Below, piece by piece: positions 50,741 to 63,300 of a DNA stretch of 64,000 nucleotides. Under the pieces are notes generated by a model, which was given only the letters and a program-made list of their open reading frames with translations, made no database searches and was not told the origin of the DNA. Each line of letters starts with the position of its first letter. Position 1 is the first letter of the stretch. This DNA comes from Dipteris shenzhenensis (lineage: Eukaryota). The translations under genes were made by a program, and so were the position numbers. The DNA is taken from assembly GCA_047967505.1 (NCBI GenBank), contig CM106538.1, one strand, 5' to 3'.

Positions 50741-53700
50741 GAAAAGAAGACATGGCTGAATACTCTTATGAAAAAACTTTTTAAAAGGATCGATCGGTTC
50801 AATGCAAAAAGCAAAAGCAGGCTGAGGGTCAATGCTGACCTTGTGCATGATCCTGTTGAAGCACAACTGGTTTATGATGTCATGCAGGAAGGATTTGCAG
50901 ACACAAGGAAAGTGTGGCAAGACTCTGTTCCATCGGTTGGTCTCATGGTTGAAGTGGGTGAAATTGTGGATCCAGTTAGAGAATATGCAAAAAATGCAGT
51001 CATTTTATTTTTCCTAGGTTGGATGCCACCTGCTACAGAGGTAGGCAACTGGTTGACCCGAACACTGGTTGGCTCGTTTGTTCTTAAGGTACACTATGCA
51101 GCCAGAGGCTTTTTTGAGGCCATCATGGTAGATGAGATTCATAGGCAAATGCTTTTGGAACATTTGCCACTCTTTTTTGGGCAGCAAATGGTGCACGTTT
51201 TGCCATGGTCCCCCACAAGGGATTATCAGGCTCTGATTCGACATCGATGTCCGGTCTGGGTTGAAGTTGTAGACTTCCCGCAATGCATGGCTTCACTCTT
51301 GCCTAAAATTGGAGCAACTTTAGGCAAATTGATTTGCCCACCGCGGCCTAACGGCAACTCTAATCGATTTTGCATTCTCTGGGATACTGATAATCCCATA
51401 CCGGAGTCTTATTCAGTCATAGTGAACAATGTTGACATAGGAAGTGCATTTTATAAATTGAAATGGGGATTATTTGCAGGAGCCTGCTTTGAATGTAAAA
51501 AATTTGGGCACATGGCTTCACAGTGTCCACTAAGTCAGCATAAAATGCCTCCTGGTACTTTGCCTGCTCAGATGCCCAATAAGGATGCTTCTGCATCTAT
51601 TGGAAATAAAAATAAAGGTAATAGACAGTTTTTGTGAATTAGGATAAAGGCAAAGCCCGAGTTGTTTCAAATGGGAGTGCTTCTTCCCCTTCGCTTCCTG
51701 CTATTCAACCCTCAGCAAAAGGACCAAAAACTCCAATTGATGGATGGCAAAGTCCAAGAAAAGTTATTTCTGTTGGACGACCTCCACCCCCTCGCACTTG
51801 GAATGATGCATCTTCTAGTGGAAACTCTCTAGAGGTCAACTCAGGAATTGGAATCACATGGGCTGCAGTGACAGCGAGCAGAACCCTCTTCCCTGAAGAA
51901 GAGGTTGCTGCATTGCTGTCTACTCCTCAGGCGGATGTTTCTTGTTAGGGAAGAGGCCCTGACCCTGAGGTAGAAATGCAGGATTGACATCCTGAAGGTT
52001 GCTGCTGTACATAACTGTTTTTTTCCTATATATATCTGTAAATATGCTTGCTCATATCAAATGCTTTACATTAAATGTTCAGGGGATGTGCGATAGTAGG
52101 AAATGGAAATCTGTTCGGCAAGGATGCCCCCTCAGTGCTTTACTATTTGCCATAGCCACGCATCCAATGCTTCAATATTTGGACCACCTCTTGGACACTG
52201 GCATGTTGCAAATTGCTGGCAACCGTAGCATGATCCCTTAAGCATATGCTGATGATTCTTTCTTTACCCCGAAAAATACTCAGAGCGATCTCTCTTTGAT
52301 TATGCAGGCTCTTTTTACATATGGTTTAGCTGCTGGTCTTCATGTGAATTTTCAGAGTCCAAGCTTTTGCCATTGCATGCTAAAGACTGGCATAGTCTTT
52401 TGTGGCCTAGGGAAATTGTTCCAACTTCTCAATTGATTCGACATCTTGGCTATCCTCTAGGTTGGGGGCTCACTTGTTCTCAACAAACTGATTGGGTGCT
52501 CACAAAGTTGAAGGCAAAACTTGAATATTGGAAGCTTGCAACTTGGCCATTACATGTTCGTTTGCGAATAACGCAATCCATTTTGATAGCATACATACAA
52601 TTCTATCTGCCCCTCATCATGTTTACTAAGGCAGATCTGGTTTCCTTTATGTCTGCTATCATGGAGATTTTCTAGTGTTCAAAAAATGGCAAGAAAAGTC
52701 TCAGATTACTCTCTATGCATCGTCTCTGTTCTCCAAAGATGCACGGGGGTTTGAACATACTCAATCTTCAAATGCATATACTTGCTCTCAGGGGAAAATG
52801 ATGTTGCAGTTTATGCAAGGGGATCAGCCTTGGGCTTTCATGATCCGCTCTCTTTTGTTGCATATTGATACTTTTGCTTTTGGGCATTGGCAGCCTACAC
52901 AGTGGGATTTTCTATTTGGCTCCATTCAAGGCAAGATCAGAGGTTGCCCTTTTATCTTTCGTTTGCTTCTTGATTGGAAGAATATTTTATCTCACTTGGA
53001 ATGGAATGGCAGAGATTCTTTGTCGGGAAACTCCCTGAGGGCTGAGAATATTTATTGGTCCAAAGTATTCCACCCTCCTTTGGCTATACAAGAACCCAAG
53101 CGTTCTTATTTTATATCTTTCAAAGGTATTTCTTCTGTGGTGGATGTACTTCAGGATGATGGCACTCTTTTATCTTTTTCTGCGGCTGCTAGCAAGTATG
53201 GTTTGGGAGCTCATTATCGTCCTTTATGGCATAAAATTTCAGAAATGCTTCAATCTTTCTTGCCAGTACCTGGTTTGGAACTTCAGGACAGGCTTGAGGA
53301 TTGGACTCTCCATTCTTCATCTTCTTCAGCCCATCCTTTGAAGCTCTCACATATCACAGTGTCTTCTCTGTATAAAGTGTTGTTACATCCGCCTTGGGTT
53401 TCTGATAGAGCCAATTCTATTTGGCATATGGATCGCCCACTAAAGTGGTGGAGAAAGCGGCTGCGTCTCCTTTGGCATTATTAAATCCCTCTTTGGCAAC
53501 AGCTTTTCCTTTGGCGAGTCCTACTTGGCATTTTTCCATCTGGTCAGTTACTCGCGCATAGACATATTACCCTGGCTGTTTGCCACAGATGTCTACATTT
53601 TGCTGAATCTGTGCTTCACATTTTCTGGCATTGTTCACATACTTGTGATTTCCTCGCTCTCATTCATCAGGGCCTTCAAGCAAGATTTCCTACTGTTACT

Positions 53701-54598
53701 TTTGGTAGGTTCTTCTGGTTATTTGGTTTTCATCCCGCTAGACAGGGTTTTGATTTTATTTTTTGTTTGGGTGTGCTACTGGGCACTTTGGACTCTATGG
53801 ATGGACATAAAATTTCAGAAATGCTTCAACCTTTGTTGCCGGTACCTCGTTTGGAACTTCAGGATAGGCTTGAGGATTGGACTCTGCATTCTTCCTCTTC
53901 TTCAGCCCGTCCTTTGAAGCTCTCACATATCATAGTGCTGTATAAAGTGTTGTTGCCTCCGCCTTGGGTTTCTGACAGGGCCAATTCTGTTTGGCATATG
54001 GATCGCCCATCAAAGTGGTGGAGAAAGCGGCTACGTCTCCTTTGGCATTATAAAGTCCCTTTGCGGCAACAACTTTTCCTGTGGCGAGTCCTACTTGGCA
54101 TTTTTCCATATGGGTAGTTACTCACACATAGACATATTACCCGGGCTGTTTGCCACAGATGTCTACATTCTGTTGAATCTGTGCCTCACATTTTCTGGCA
54201 GTCCACATACTTGTGATTTCCTCGCTCTCATTTGTCAGGGGCTTCGAGGGAGATTTCGTATTGTTACTTTTAGCAGGTTTTTCTAGTTATTTGGTTTTCA
54301 TCCCGCTAGACAGGGTTTTGATTTATTTTTTGTCTGGGTGCGCTACCGGGCACTTTGGACTCTATGGATGGACAGAAATCATAGAGCCTTTGGTGATCCT
54401 ACTTTTCCATCTTTAGTTTTTTTCAAACGACCTCTACGGCAATCGTTTTATGATTGCTTTTAGACTCATCTGATTGATCATGATGTATATATGGCTTATA
54501 CTGAAAATTTCAGTTGAGGAGTAGTTACTCCGCTTTTGGAGTAATTACGAATGTAATTATTTCACAGCGATAAAATATTTATTCTCACCAAAAAAAAA
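50741..54598 (+). mobile_element. L1 array unit 3: leaderless ORF1 plus ORF2 lacking most of EN and the RT N-half
   Basis: ORF1 50752-51987 similar to unit 2; ORF2 ATG 52044 jumps at ~52109 to VRQGCPLS; YADD at 52245; duplication 53230-53805/53806-54373; poly(A) then (GT)n. Confidence 0.9.
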
Positions 54599-54649
54599 GT
54601 GTGTGTGTGTGAGTGAGTGTGCGTGAGTGTGTAGTAGGAGTGCAACGGC

Positions 54650-56602
54650 GAGCTCAGCCTCTCCGTCACCCGTCCTTGTATCTTGCCCGTAGCTTGCTAC
54701 TGCTGCTGCGCCTGCATCCGTACCCCATTTGTCAGCCCCTGTACATCTTCCGTTTGCACTTGCCCCTTCCTTTGCCCCTGCGCAGGCCTTACCTATGTAC
54801 GATCGTTTGTACAGGCTCCCCCCTCCGTACAGGTTCCTTTACCCGTTCTTTTTCATGCTTCTGTACCTGCTCCCATGACAGTATAGCCTGATTCCGTACC
54901 AAATTCGTCTTCCCCTCTGTCTCTGTAGCCTTTTGCTCTTCTCACGCCGGGTCTTGTACAGTCTTTTCCTGATGTCTCTTCCTCCCCTCTTCCTACTGCT
55001 CCGACAGATGGCTCTTTCGTTTTCTCTGCTTCAGCCCCCCCTGCTACCTCTGCTTCTCCTGCACATGTCTTCTTTCGCCGGAAGCGTGCTGGTTTGCCTC
55101 CTTCCACCTTGGTTAAATCGGCAAAGTTGGATATCGCAGATGGTCCTTTGTCTTCCCTTCAACTGGACCTTCTTCGCTAGATATGTTTTGCTTCTATCAC
55201 AGATGTTCCTTCATCGGGTTCACAGCTTGTTTGTTCTTTGGACTCTGCCCTTCTAGTTTCCGGTCTTCGCTAGGCTCAGCAGTTTGGTGTCTGTCTCTAC
55301 TTTATGGGCAGGGTTTTATCTGCAGCTCAACTTCGTCGTTGGGCTAAAGTTGCAGTGGGTCAGGATTGCCTTTCCTCCTTTGTCTTTCTGGGCAAAGGTT
55401 TTTATTATGCCCACTGCTCTTCGACTGATGTGGTGGAGTGACTTGTCAGTCGTGCTGGTATTCATGGGGCTGGTTTCTTTGCTTATGTGATGCCCCGGGA
55501 TCCACTATTTGATCCGTCTGCCTCTCTTCTGACTCATTGTCTAGTCTAGATTACCCTCAAAGCGTTGCCTCTGCCTCTTCTTCAGCATCTTCCTACTCTT
55601 GTAGCTTTTTTTGGGGAGGCCTCTACATGTTCCGAGATAGGAGTTTTTGCAGGCTACTCGGGATGTTGGCCTTTGTATTTTATGGGATATGATGCAGCCC
55701 GTGCCCTTTACTCTGGATCATGATTTGGGATTTGCTCATTCGATGCGCATCAGGCTGCATTTTGCCTCTTTTCCTACAGCATGTTATCGGTACTATCAGG
55801 TTGGTCATTTTGCACGTGCTTGCCCTTCCGCTTCCATGACCACTCCTCCTGTTGCTCCCTCAACAGTAAAGTTTGCTCTTCGTTCTCCTTCGGTTTTTGC
55901 TAAGGCTTTATTGGATAAGCCTTCTTTTACTGCTCCGAAGCATTACTGGAGGAAGGTAGAAAAATCACAAGTTAATCTTTCTCTTATTGAAGAAGTTCAG
56001 GATGATCTGACTCCTGTTGAGCATCATCAGCCTCCTTCTCCTCTAGATATGGATGTGCCCCTTGAAGAGGGGATCATACAGGATGCTGCACATGCTCTTT
56101 CTCAGGTTGATCCTCAAAGTGAAGCTGAAATGCTGAGTCCTGCTTTATCAAGTGCAGCTCTTTTGTCGAAGGATACAAATGTTGATCTAGCTCCTTTGCC
56201 TCTGATGCCTATGCTAGAGTCTTCTTTTGTTCGGGATGCAGAAGTGCCTTTTTTACTGGAATCTTTTCATCCCATGTTACAACAGGTTTTTGACCCTATG
56301 ATTCATAAAATTTGGGTACCAGCCTATATCAAGAAGAATCACAAGGGCAAAAAACAGCTGGTTTTTATTGATGGTGTGGTTTCATCACTGCATCAGTCTT
56401 TACAGAGTAATAATTTGAAGCTGGAGGATGCTGTGTTTGAACCTCCTCCAGCTTGATATGTAACTTTTTACTTGGCTGCCTCATGACTTTTGCTCTGAGG
56501 CTTTACTTGTAGTAAATTTTTTTCTTGTACTTATTTGGTGGGTTTTTACCTCTTTTTGAGGTTTCCCACACAGAAATATAAGATTTCACTGAAAAAAAAA
56601 AA
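54650..56602 (+). mobile_element. L1 array unit 4: ORF1-only element
   Basis: GTAC-rich leader; decayed ORF1 with LCILWD and CYRYYQVGHFARAC, stop at 56456; poly(A) 56592-56602 then GTGTGT. Confidence 0.75.
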
Positions 56603-56759
56603 GTGTGTGCGAGTGCGCGCGTGCATATGTGTGTGTGCATGACCTCACATGTGAGCTCCTTTTATGACCTCACCTTGATGTAGAAGATAAGGCTTTCCCC
56701 AGCCTATGAATGAGGCACATTGTACTTAGTTCTCAATAAATCCATTTCATCATTCGTGT

Positions 56760-58995
56760 GCGTCAACACTTGTGCCCATCATGTGATTGCTTGGCTCTAT
56801 CATGCCTCTCATCATGCATTCTAACACTTCTCAGCCCCTGCCACTCTTTCCTGCACTGCCCGGGGCAGCAAGGCACTCCCCGCCTCCAAAGGTGACTCCA
56901 AAGGATCTGCTCCAGCTGACCTACACAAAGCCAGGGGGGATATCAGCCATCCAATCAAGAAGACCTTGCAACAACTTCAAGAAAAGCACAAGAATCAAGC
57001 AAAAAGATACCAAGATGCTGCTAGGAGGTTGATACACCGATTGAAGGGAGCTGTGAACAGATTTGGAGTGTTTTTGGAGTGTCACAGGCCACAAGGACAG
57101 TCCAAAACACCTCAAATAATCAGCAAGTTAATCTTTGTTTGCTGAGCCTATTTGCAATGCCTACGCGAGGATGCATTGAAGAGAAATGGGGGAAGCAAGC
57201 TTTGGAGAATGCCATGACAACCTATGTAGCAGGGACACTTGAAGAGACTGCAGAAAATGTCCTCACTAGCCTCAATAAGATTTGCATAGCCCTCATCGAG
57301 AAGATAGATGATCTGGAAGCCACAAATATGGTCTTGCTATGTTACAAAGTCCTTGTGGAAAAGGCATTAACCTAGGATGATCAGGAGTAAGCCATCGGTT
57401 CCTTACCATATCATCCAGGAAAAGTTCACTATGACACCACTGTAGATTGATGCCATCTTCCATACAAGGACATATCTACATAGGGTATGGGCTTTGCCTA
57501 GCTGGAAGCTACCGAGGTTGGCATTAGTGTCATCTAGGCTATTAGCTAAGAGTGGGGTCAGCACAGCCTAGTATGCACGCATCTCCAAATGGTTTCGTAC
57601 TCAAGGCATTCAAATGGATTGTGTCCCCCCCTTTCAGTACAGTCTGGACGCCCCATCCCTTCAGATCCCATGAGATGAGATCAACCGTATCATATAGTTG
57701 GACCTACTCCAGCTATATAGATCACAGAATTTTGGGGGGGGGGGCAACTAGGAGTTTCCCCCCAAGATTTAGCTCTACCATGACCACTTCGTGAGAGTAT
57801 CAAAGAGGGGTTGATCACTAGGCCCCAATATCTGGAGGACAAAGGGGTTACCCATGCATTGAGAATTTCCATAGGACAGATGTGGGTCTTGTCTCACCAG
57901 CTGAGGATCGAGGCAGGGAGGGCCTTAGGGACACCTAGAGAGCAGCGGATTTGCAGGCTATGCACATTGGCAGCAGTGGAGACAGAGGAGCACTTCCTAT
58001 GCATTTGCCCTACTTACTATGAGATCCGAGGACGAAACCATTGCTTCTTTTAGGGACATGGGTTTGGACCACTTTCCCGTTTGATCCATTTCCATGACTA
58101 GGTGTGTGTTGGCCTCTTTCTAATGAAGATGCGGCGACACAGAGAAACTCTGCTACACCAAATCAGACAACAGGAGGTGACAGTATCACAGGACACCAAC
58201 CGGGCACAGAGACACATCACTGACTTCTATGCCTTTGAGTTAGTCCTAGGACACTCTGGGGTAGAGGAGAAGATAGCCGACATGAGCATGGATCAGTGGG
58301 AAGAGACGACGTAAAGCGGTGGAACCTGCAATGTAGAGGACGACCAAAGCACGCACGATAGAGGTCCAGCCCACCGCTGCTCTACTCAGAGGAGACCGAT
58401 CGACATGAGGTGTTGCCCTTGATATGGCTCATCAGATACAGAGATCCCGGAGACCACGCCCTCCGCCACAATGAGAGATAGCTTGACAACTACAGATATG
58501 CGACATCTTTGTGTCTCATATGCAACCACTACAGATATGCGACACCTTTTCGTCTCATCGAAGGGCTACCATGACCCTCGAATATGTCCTTGGAGCTTTC
58601 ACACTACCTACTTGAGTCTCTTGAGAGTTTTTGAGATTTTGAGACTTTGAGATTACTAGCTTAGCTTAGCACTCAACAAGGGCTTTAGCGAGCCCTTGTC
58701 TTCATCCCATAGCGGCTTGTATGAGGTATTCTGCTCATTGTACTTTGTCTCATAGGCCTGCGAGGCCTCCTGAAGACGTTAATGCAACTCTCTCTCCCTC
58801 TCTCTCAGCACTTATCACTTTGACACGACTATGTAGCACTCAGCACTTATCATTTGTATTCTGCATTGGAGTGGATGCTCGTTTAGTAGCTCCATCCACA
58901 CAGCTTGTTTGTATCAGGATTTTTAACAATCTCATAGACATCGGTCTTTCGAAGACTTTAATAAACTTTTTTCTTTCTTTCTTTCTTTCTCTCCC
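56760..58995 (+). mobile_element. Internally deleted RTE/RTEX-like LINE with a (CT)n tail, plus a short second 3' end with a (CTTT)n tail
   Basis: SHQLRIEAGR...RICRLC...VETEEHFLCICPTYYEIR; tails at ~58787-58806 and ~58970-58992. Confidence 0.75.
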
Positions 58996-59454
58996 CTCCC
59001 CTCCCCCTGCCCCCTGCACCTTGCCCCCTGCAAAGTGTGCATGTGTGCCTATGTATATGTGCACACACACATACATTTAAAATACCATGGAAAGATCAAA
59101 GAATCTAATTTCCTTTAAAGAATATATGAGATATGTAAGAATCAATATAGTTCCTAATGTCTTATTTTACAAATTTTGACATGTGTGTTTTTTATGTGCA
59201 TGGATATTGCTGGTCTTGTCATCAGTCAAGGAAATCTATCCAGGCCAGGTATTTCCAAAATTTCAACAAAGTATCTCTTACATGAATTGTATACTTGAGA
59301 ACACTTTTTTTCTCTTGGGAAAATTGCGGGTCCCTATTAAAATATCAAAGTAGCTGTATACTTGAGAACACTTTTTTTCTCTCTCGAAAATTGTAGGTTT
59401 ATTAAAGTATCAAAGTAGATGTATTTACCTTAAACATTTCTCTGCCCTGTATAC

Positions 59455-60380
59455 AAAAGTGGGGGAGATTCTTAAAACAGGCTGAGCGCAAATTCAAGTT
59501 CCTTACAACAGACCCCAAAAACACCCAAAGTAAACAGCTAAGCTTGTTCAAGCTTCGGACAACTATTTGTGGCAAGATCCTGGGGTACAATACTGGAGAC
59601 CTGCAACATTATGGAGAGGCAAAGAGTTGTCATGGTGGGCAGCTGCTTGGGTATCCTCATTCTCGTGAAGTGGTGCTGCAGAAGAAGTCTCGGGCAGCAT
59701 CTCAAATATATCAGCAAGTAGGTTCCATGGTTAGTCAGACCAGGTAGAATCTCTCTCTTGGAAAGCCTTAAGCAGCCATTGTCCCATGAACCTGGCAGAA
59801 GACTTCTTAGGACCTTCCAATTTCTTCTGCAAGAGTGTGTATTTCCATTGAACTTTGGTTACCATTTAGGGCTGGCTGGTCAGTCAGTTTGAAGGGGCCT
59901 TGGGCCCTATAAAAGGAGAGGCCTTGGGCCTTGTTTTGTATCCAGCAGTGCAGCCTTCCAGGAGCAGTAAGGAGCAGCAGCAGATCCATACTTGGGACTA
60001 CTTTAGGGAGGTCAAGGAGGATCAGGAGTGCTGCAGACTTAGCTCTACAATGGTTGAGACCTAGGCTGTCTACCAAGGCAGTAAGGTGCTGAGATCTTGA
60101 CAGCAAGTCTACATACCTTCGAGGTGGAGCACGCAGGCTCAAGTCTACAGGCTCAAGTCTAGAGATATCCAGCAGATAGTAGAAGTACGTGGTAAGATCA
60201 AAGGACCACGCTTTTGTGGGACTTTGGATCTATCTCTCTTTTGTGTTGTGTCCATAGCTTTGGATGGAAATATATATTCTTTTGGTAGCTTCTATATCTG
60301 GCTGGTTCATTGTCTATTGATGAGTCTGCACATCTATGTGATGCACATAAGTTTAAGAAGTTTGTGATCCCACTCCACAT
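59455..60380 (+). repeat. Probable PPT and LTR of another element, interrupted by Gypsy-4
   Basis: AAAAGTGGGGGAGA at 59455; TATAAAAGG at 59908. Confidence 0.5.
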
Positions 60381-63300
60381 TGTCACGCTCTAGCCAAGGT
60401 AGCATGACCTCGGAAGAATCAGTCGACATTTCCCTTAAAGGATCTATCTTTGTAATATATTTGTTTGCGCTTCAGGTAAATGATCGGGAGGGAATTAATG
60501 TCAAGGTCCTAGGTGAGGGCTGATAGCACCAGACTAGGTAGATCTAAGGCCAAGGGCCTAATGCAAATGTTGTGCCTAGGGGCAAGGAATTTAATGCATC
60601 CCAAGAGAGGGGTGAAATGTTGCATTAGGAAGGCCCTATATGGATGACATGTGGCATCTAGATCTATCTAGGGAATTGGGGGCTTGTTGAGGCTAGAGAG
60701 AGAACAGAAGGAAATTATTCACGTATGAATTGGAACGGAATATCTCAGTCTGCTCGTTAGCCTTAGCAAGATTTGGCTGGGAGGTGATTTATGGTGCTGC
60801 TCCCGTGATACGAAGTAGAGAGTAGATAAGAGTGCTTGACAAATTGGTATCAGAGCTCAAGGCTACGAAGAAGAGAGGCGTGAGATGCACGTGTGTTTTT
60901 CAACAGTCACGGGATCTGGCCGTCTCCTCCGTTGACGCCAGGAGTTCGTGAGCAGGGAGACCAATTGGTCTGAATAATTCGACGGACAAATTGGACGAAC
61001 GGCGTGGCAGAACAAGCTGGCGGCCCGCAGCCTGTACATCAACTGTAACTGCAGACTGGTCGCAGGAGTACGACAGATTGTTGACTGGAATTGCATGGAA
61101 TCAAAAGGGAGCGTGGCTGTTCATTAACGACCAGGGAGCTCTCTTCGACCTCCATTACTTTCGTGTTGTTTTTTTTTCTCCTCGATTTAGTCGGGCGATG
61201 CTTTACTTTCATAGACAGGATCTTGAGAGTAATCAGCCTGCATGAGGGTTTAATGTTGTAGTAGGGACAGATTGTGCTTGTGGTTATGCCTATGTACTAC
61301 AGTTGAGTTTGTTTGCAGGAGCTTCCCTAGGATAGGGAAAAGCGTGGTCTGAGATATATGCCTGATCAGTGTGAATGTGGGATTGCAAGAATTCTCTAGT
61401 ATAGGGAATTGTGCCAGACTGTTAGTACACTGAATTGTGTCAGCTTGTAAATATAGCTTTCTAGTGGTGTTAAAAAAAAAAACAAAAACAAAAACAAATC
61501 AAAACAAAACAAAACACCCATTGAACGGAATGGAAGCAGAAGAAGGGCTTCCAGGAGGGACCCTGGTGAATCAGGAGTCCGGCTGACCCAGCAGATGTCG
61601 CGCCCAGTAGCTCACACGTTATCTGGCAGGATTGCATTGCTGGAGGATGCCTTGCAACAGTTGTTAGCACAGCAATTACAGGCCAATGCAGGGCAGTCCG
61701 AACTTAGGAGAGTGATACATAGTATGTCTGCCAGACCTTCTCGAGAGGAGAAGGGAAAGGCTCCAATGGAACCGGAGTCTAGTGTCCATACGGTCGAGCC
61801 TAGGAAGGCTAAAGTGCCAAATATTGCCAATTACAGACCGGAAAAGTAGTCTGGTGGGATGAACGACCGTAGCTCCAATGTCATTGAGACCTGGTTACAC
61901 AAATGGGACGAGGTGTTCGCCATTTGTGAAATCAGAAATGACATCAAGAAGATCCGTGAGGCCACCCACATGCTTAGTGAGGCAGCGGATCGGTGGTGGA
62001 TTAAACAACAAAAAGATGATATAGCATCCACTACCTGGAAGGGGTTTAAAAGAGAATTCAGGAAACACTTCTTACCTCCTGACGAAGCATCCCGAGCTTG
62101 GGATCAATATAGGAACCTTCGTCAGAGAAATTTATCAGTGGTAGAATACACTGATAAGTTTCGAGAGAGTGTAATGAAGGTTGACGAACCCCTGCCTCAA
62201 TCAATCCAAATGAAAGATTTCATATTTGGATTGAATGATCGAATAAAAATGGAAGTTCGGGCTAAGTACGCGAACACGTTAGATGATGCAATAGCTATAG
62301 CCTTGAACTATGAAGATGCCAAGGACAGCAAGCCAAGTGGGTTTGCACAGGTCGGAACCCAGTATGGGTATTCGAAGAAATCTGGGTTTAAGAAGAAGTG
62401 GACTAGTAGAGGGAGTGGTTCTCAGTCGAGTGGTCAAGCCAAGCAGGCGAAACCAGCTGAAACTCCTAAATCAAGTACCACCATTGGAGTGAAAAGGAAA
62501 GTAACCCCAATGGCAGCCCGGGCTTGGTCTAAGTCTCCCTTGAACCCAGAACAAAGGGAAAAAGCGAGGAGAGAAGGATTATGTTTTGGTTGCCTTCAGC
62601 CTCATCAGTGGAAGGATTGTCCACGTAACAAAGATCGTCGGATGGCTGAGATGGTGATCTCAGAGTGCGACGTGGAGATGGAGGGAAGTCCCAAAGCGGA
62701 AGAGATGCAGATTCAGCTAGCGGGATCTTCTCAGAGGTTAGTACCTTGTTTGTTATGTGTGTCTGTTGCTAAGCTAGTGACGAGTGCACCTGATAACATC
62801 CTATCTAAGCCCGCAGCAATGGGGTATACAGCCTTTAATGATACGGAGTTAATGAAAATGAAAGGGCAAGTGGCCAATCATGATGTCATTGTGTTGTTTG
62901 ACTCGGCGTCAACTCACAATGTGATTAACTCCAAGCTCGTGAAGAGGCTGAAATTAAAGACAAGTCCATCTGACTATGCGTATACAGTCAGGATGGTAGA
63001 TGGAAGTTCAACTGAAGTATGGGACCAAAGGGTTACCCAGTTGGAGCTTCGTATTCAGGACTATGCTGAGAAGCTTGATTTTGAAATGACCAAGCTTGCT
63101 CATGCAGATATAGCCTTGGGTATGGCGTGGCATTCTAGGAAGAATCTAGCCATTGATTGGAAAAAGCACGTATATCAATTCAAGATGAATGATGTGCTTT
63201 ATGTCTTGTGAGGTGAGAAAGATATACCTAAGGGACCGTTGGTTTCCATGATGGAAATCCGAAAAGCTCAAATAGAGTTTTTATTCCTTTGCACAGCATC

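Noticed and set aside
59227-59249. Possible microexon KEIYPGQ resembling a sirtuin motif
   Set aside because: Seven residues with no supporting exons
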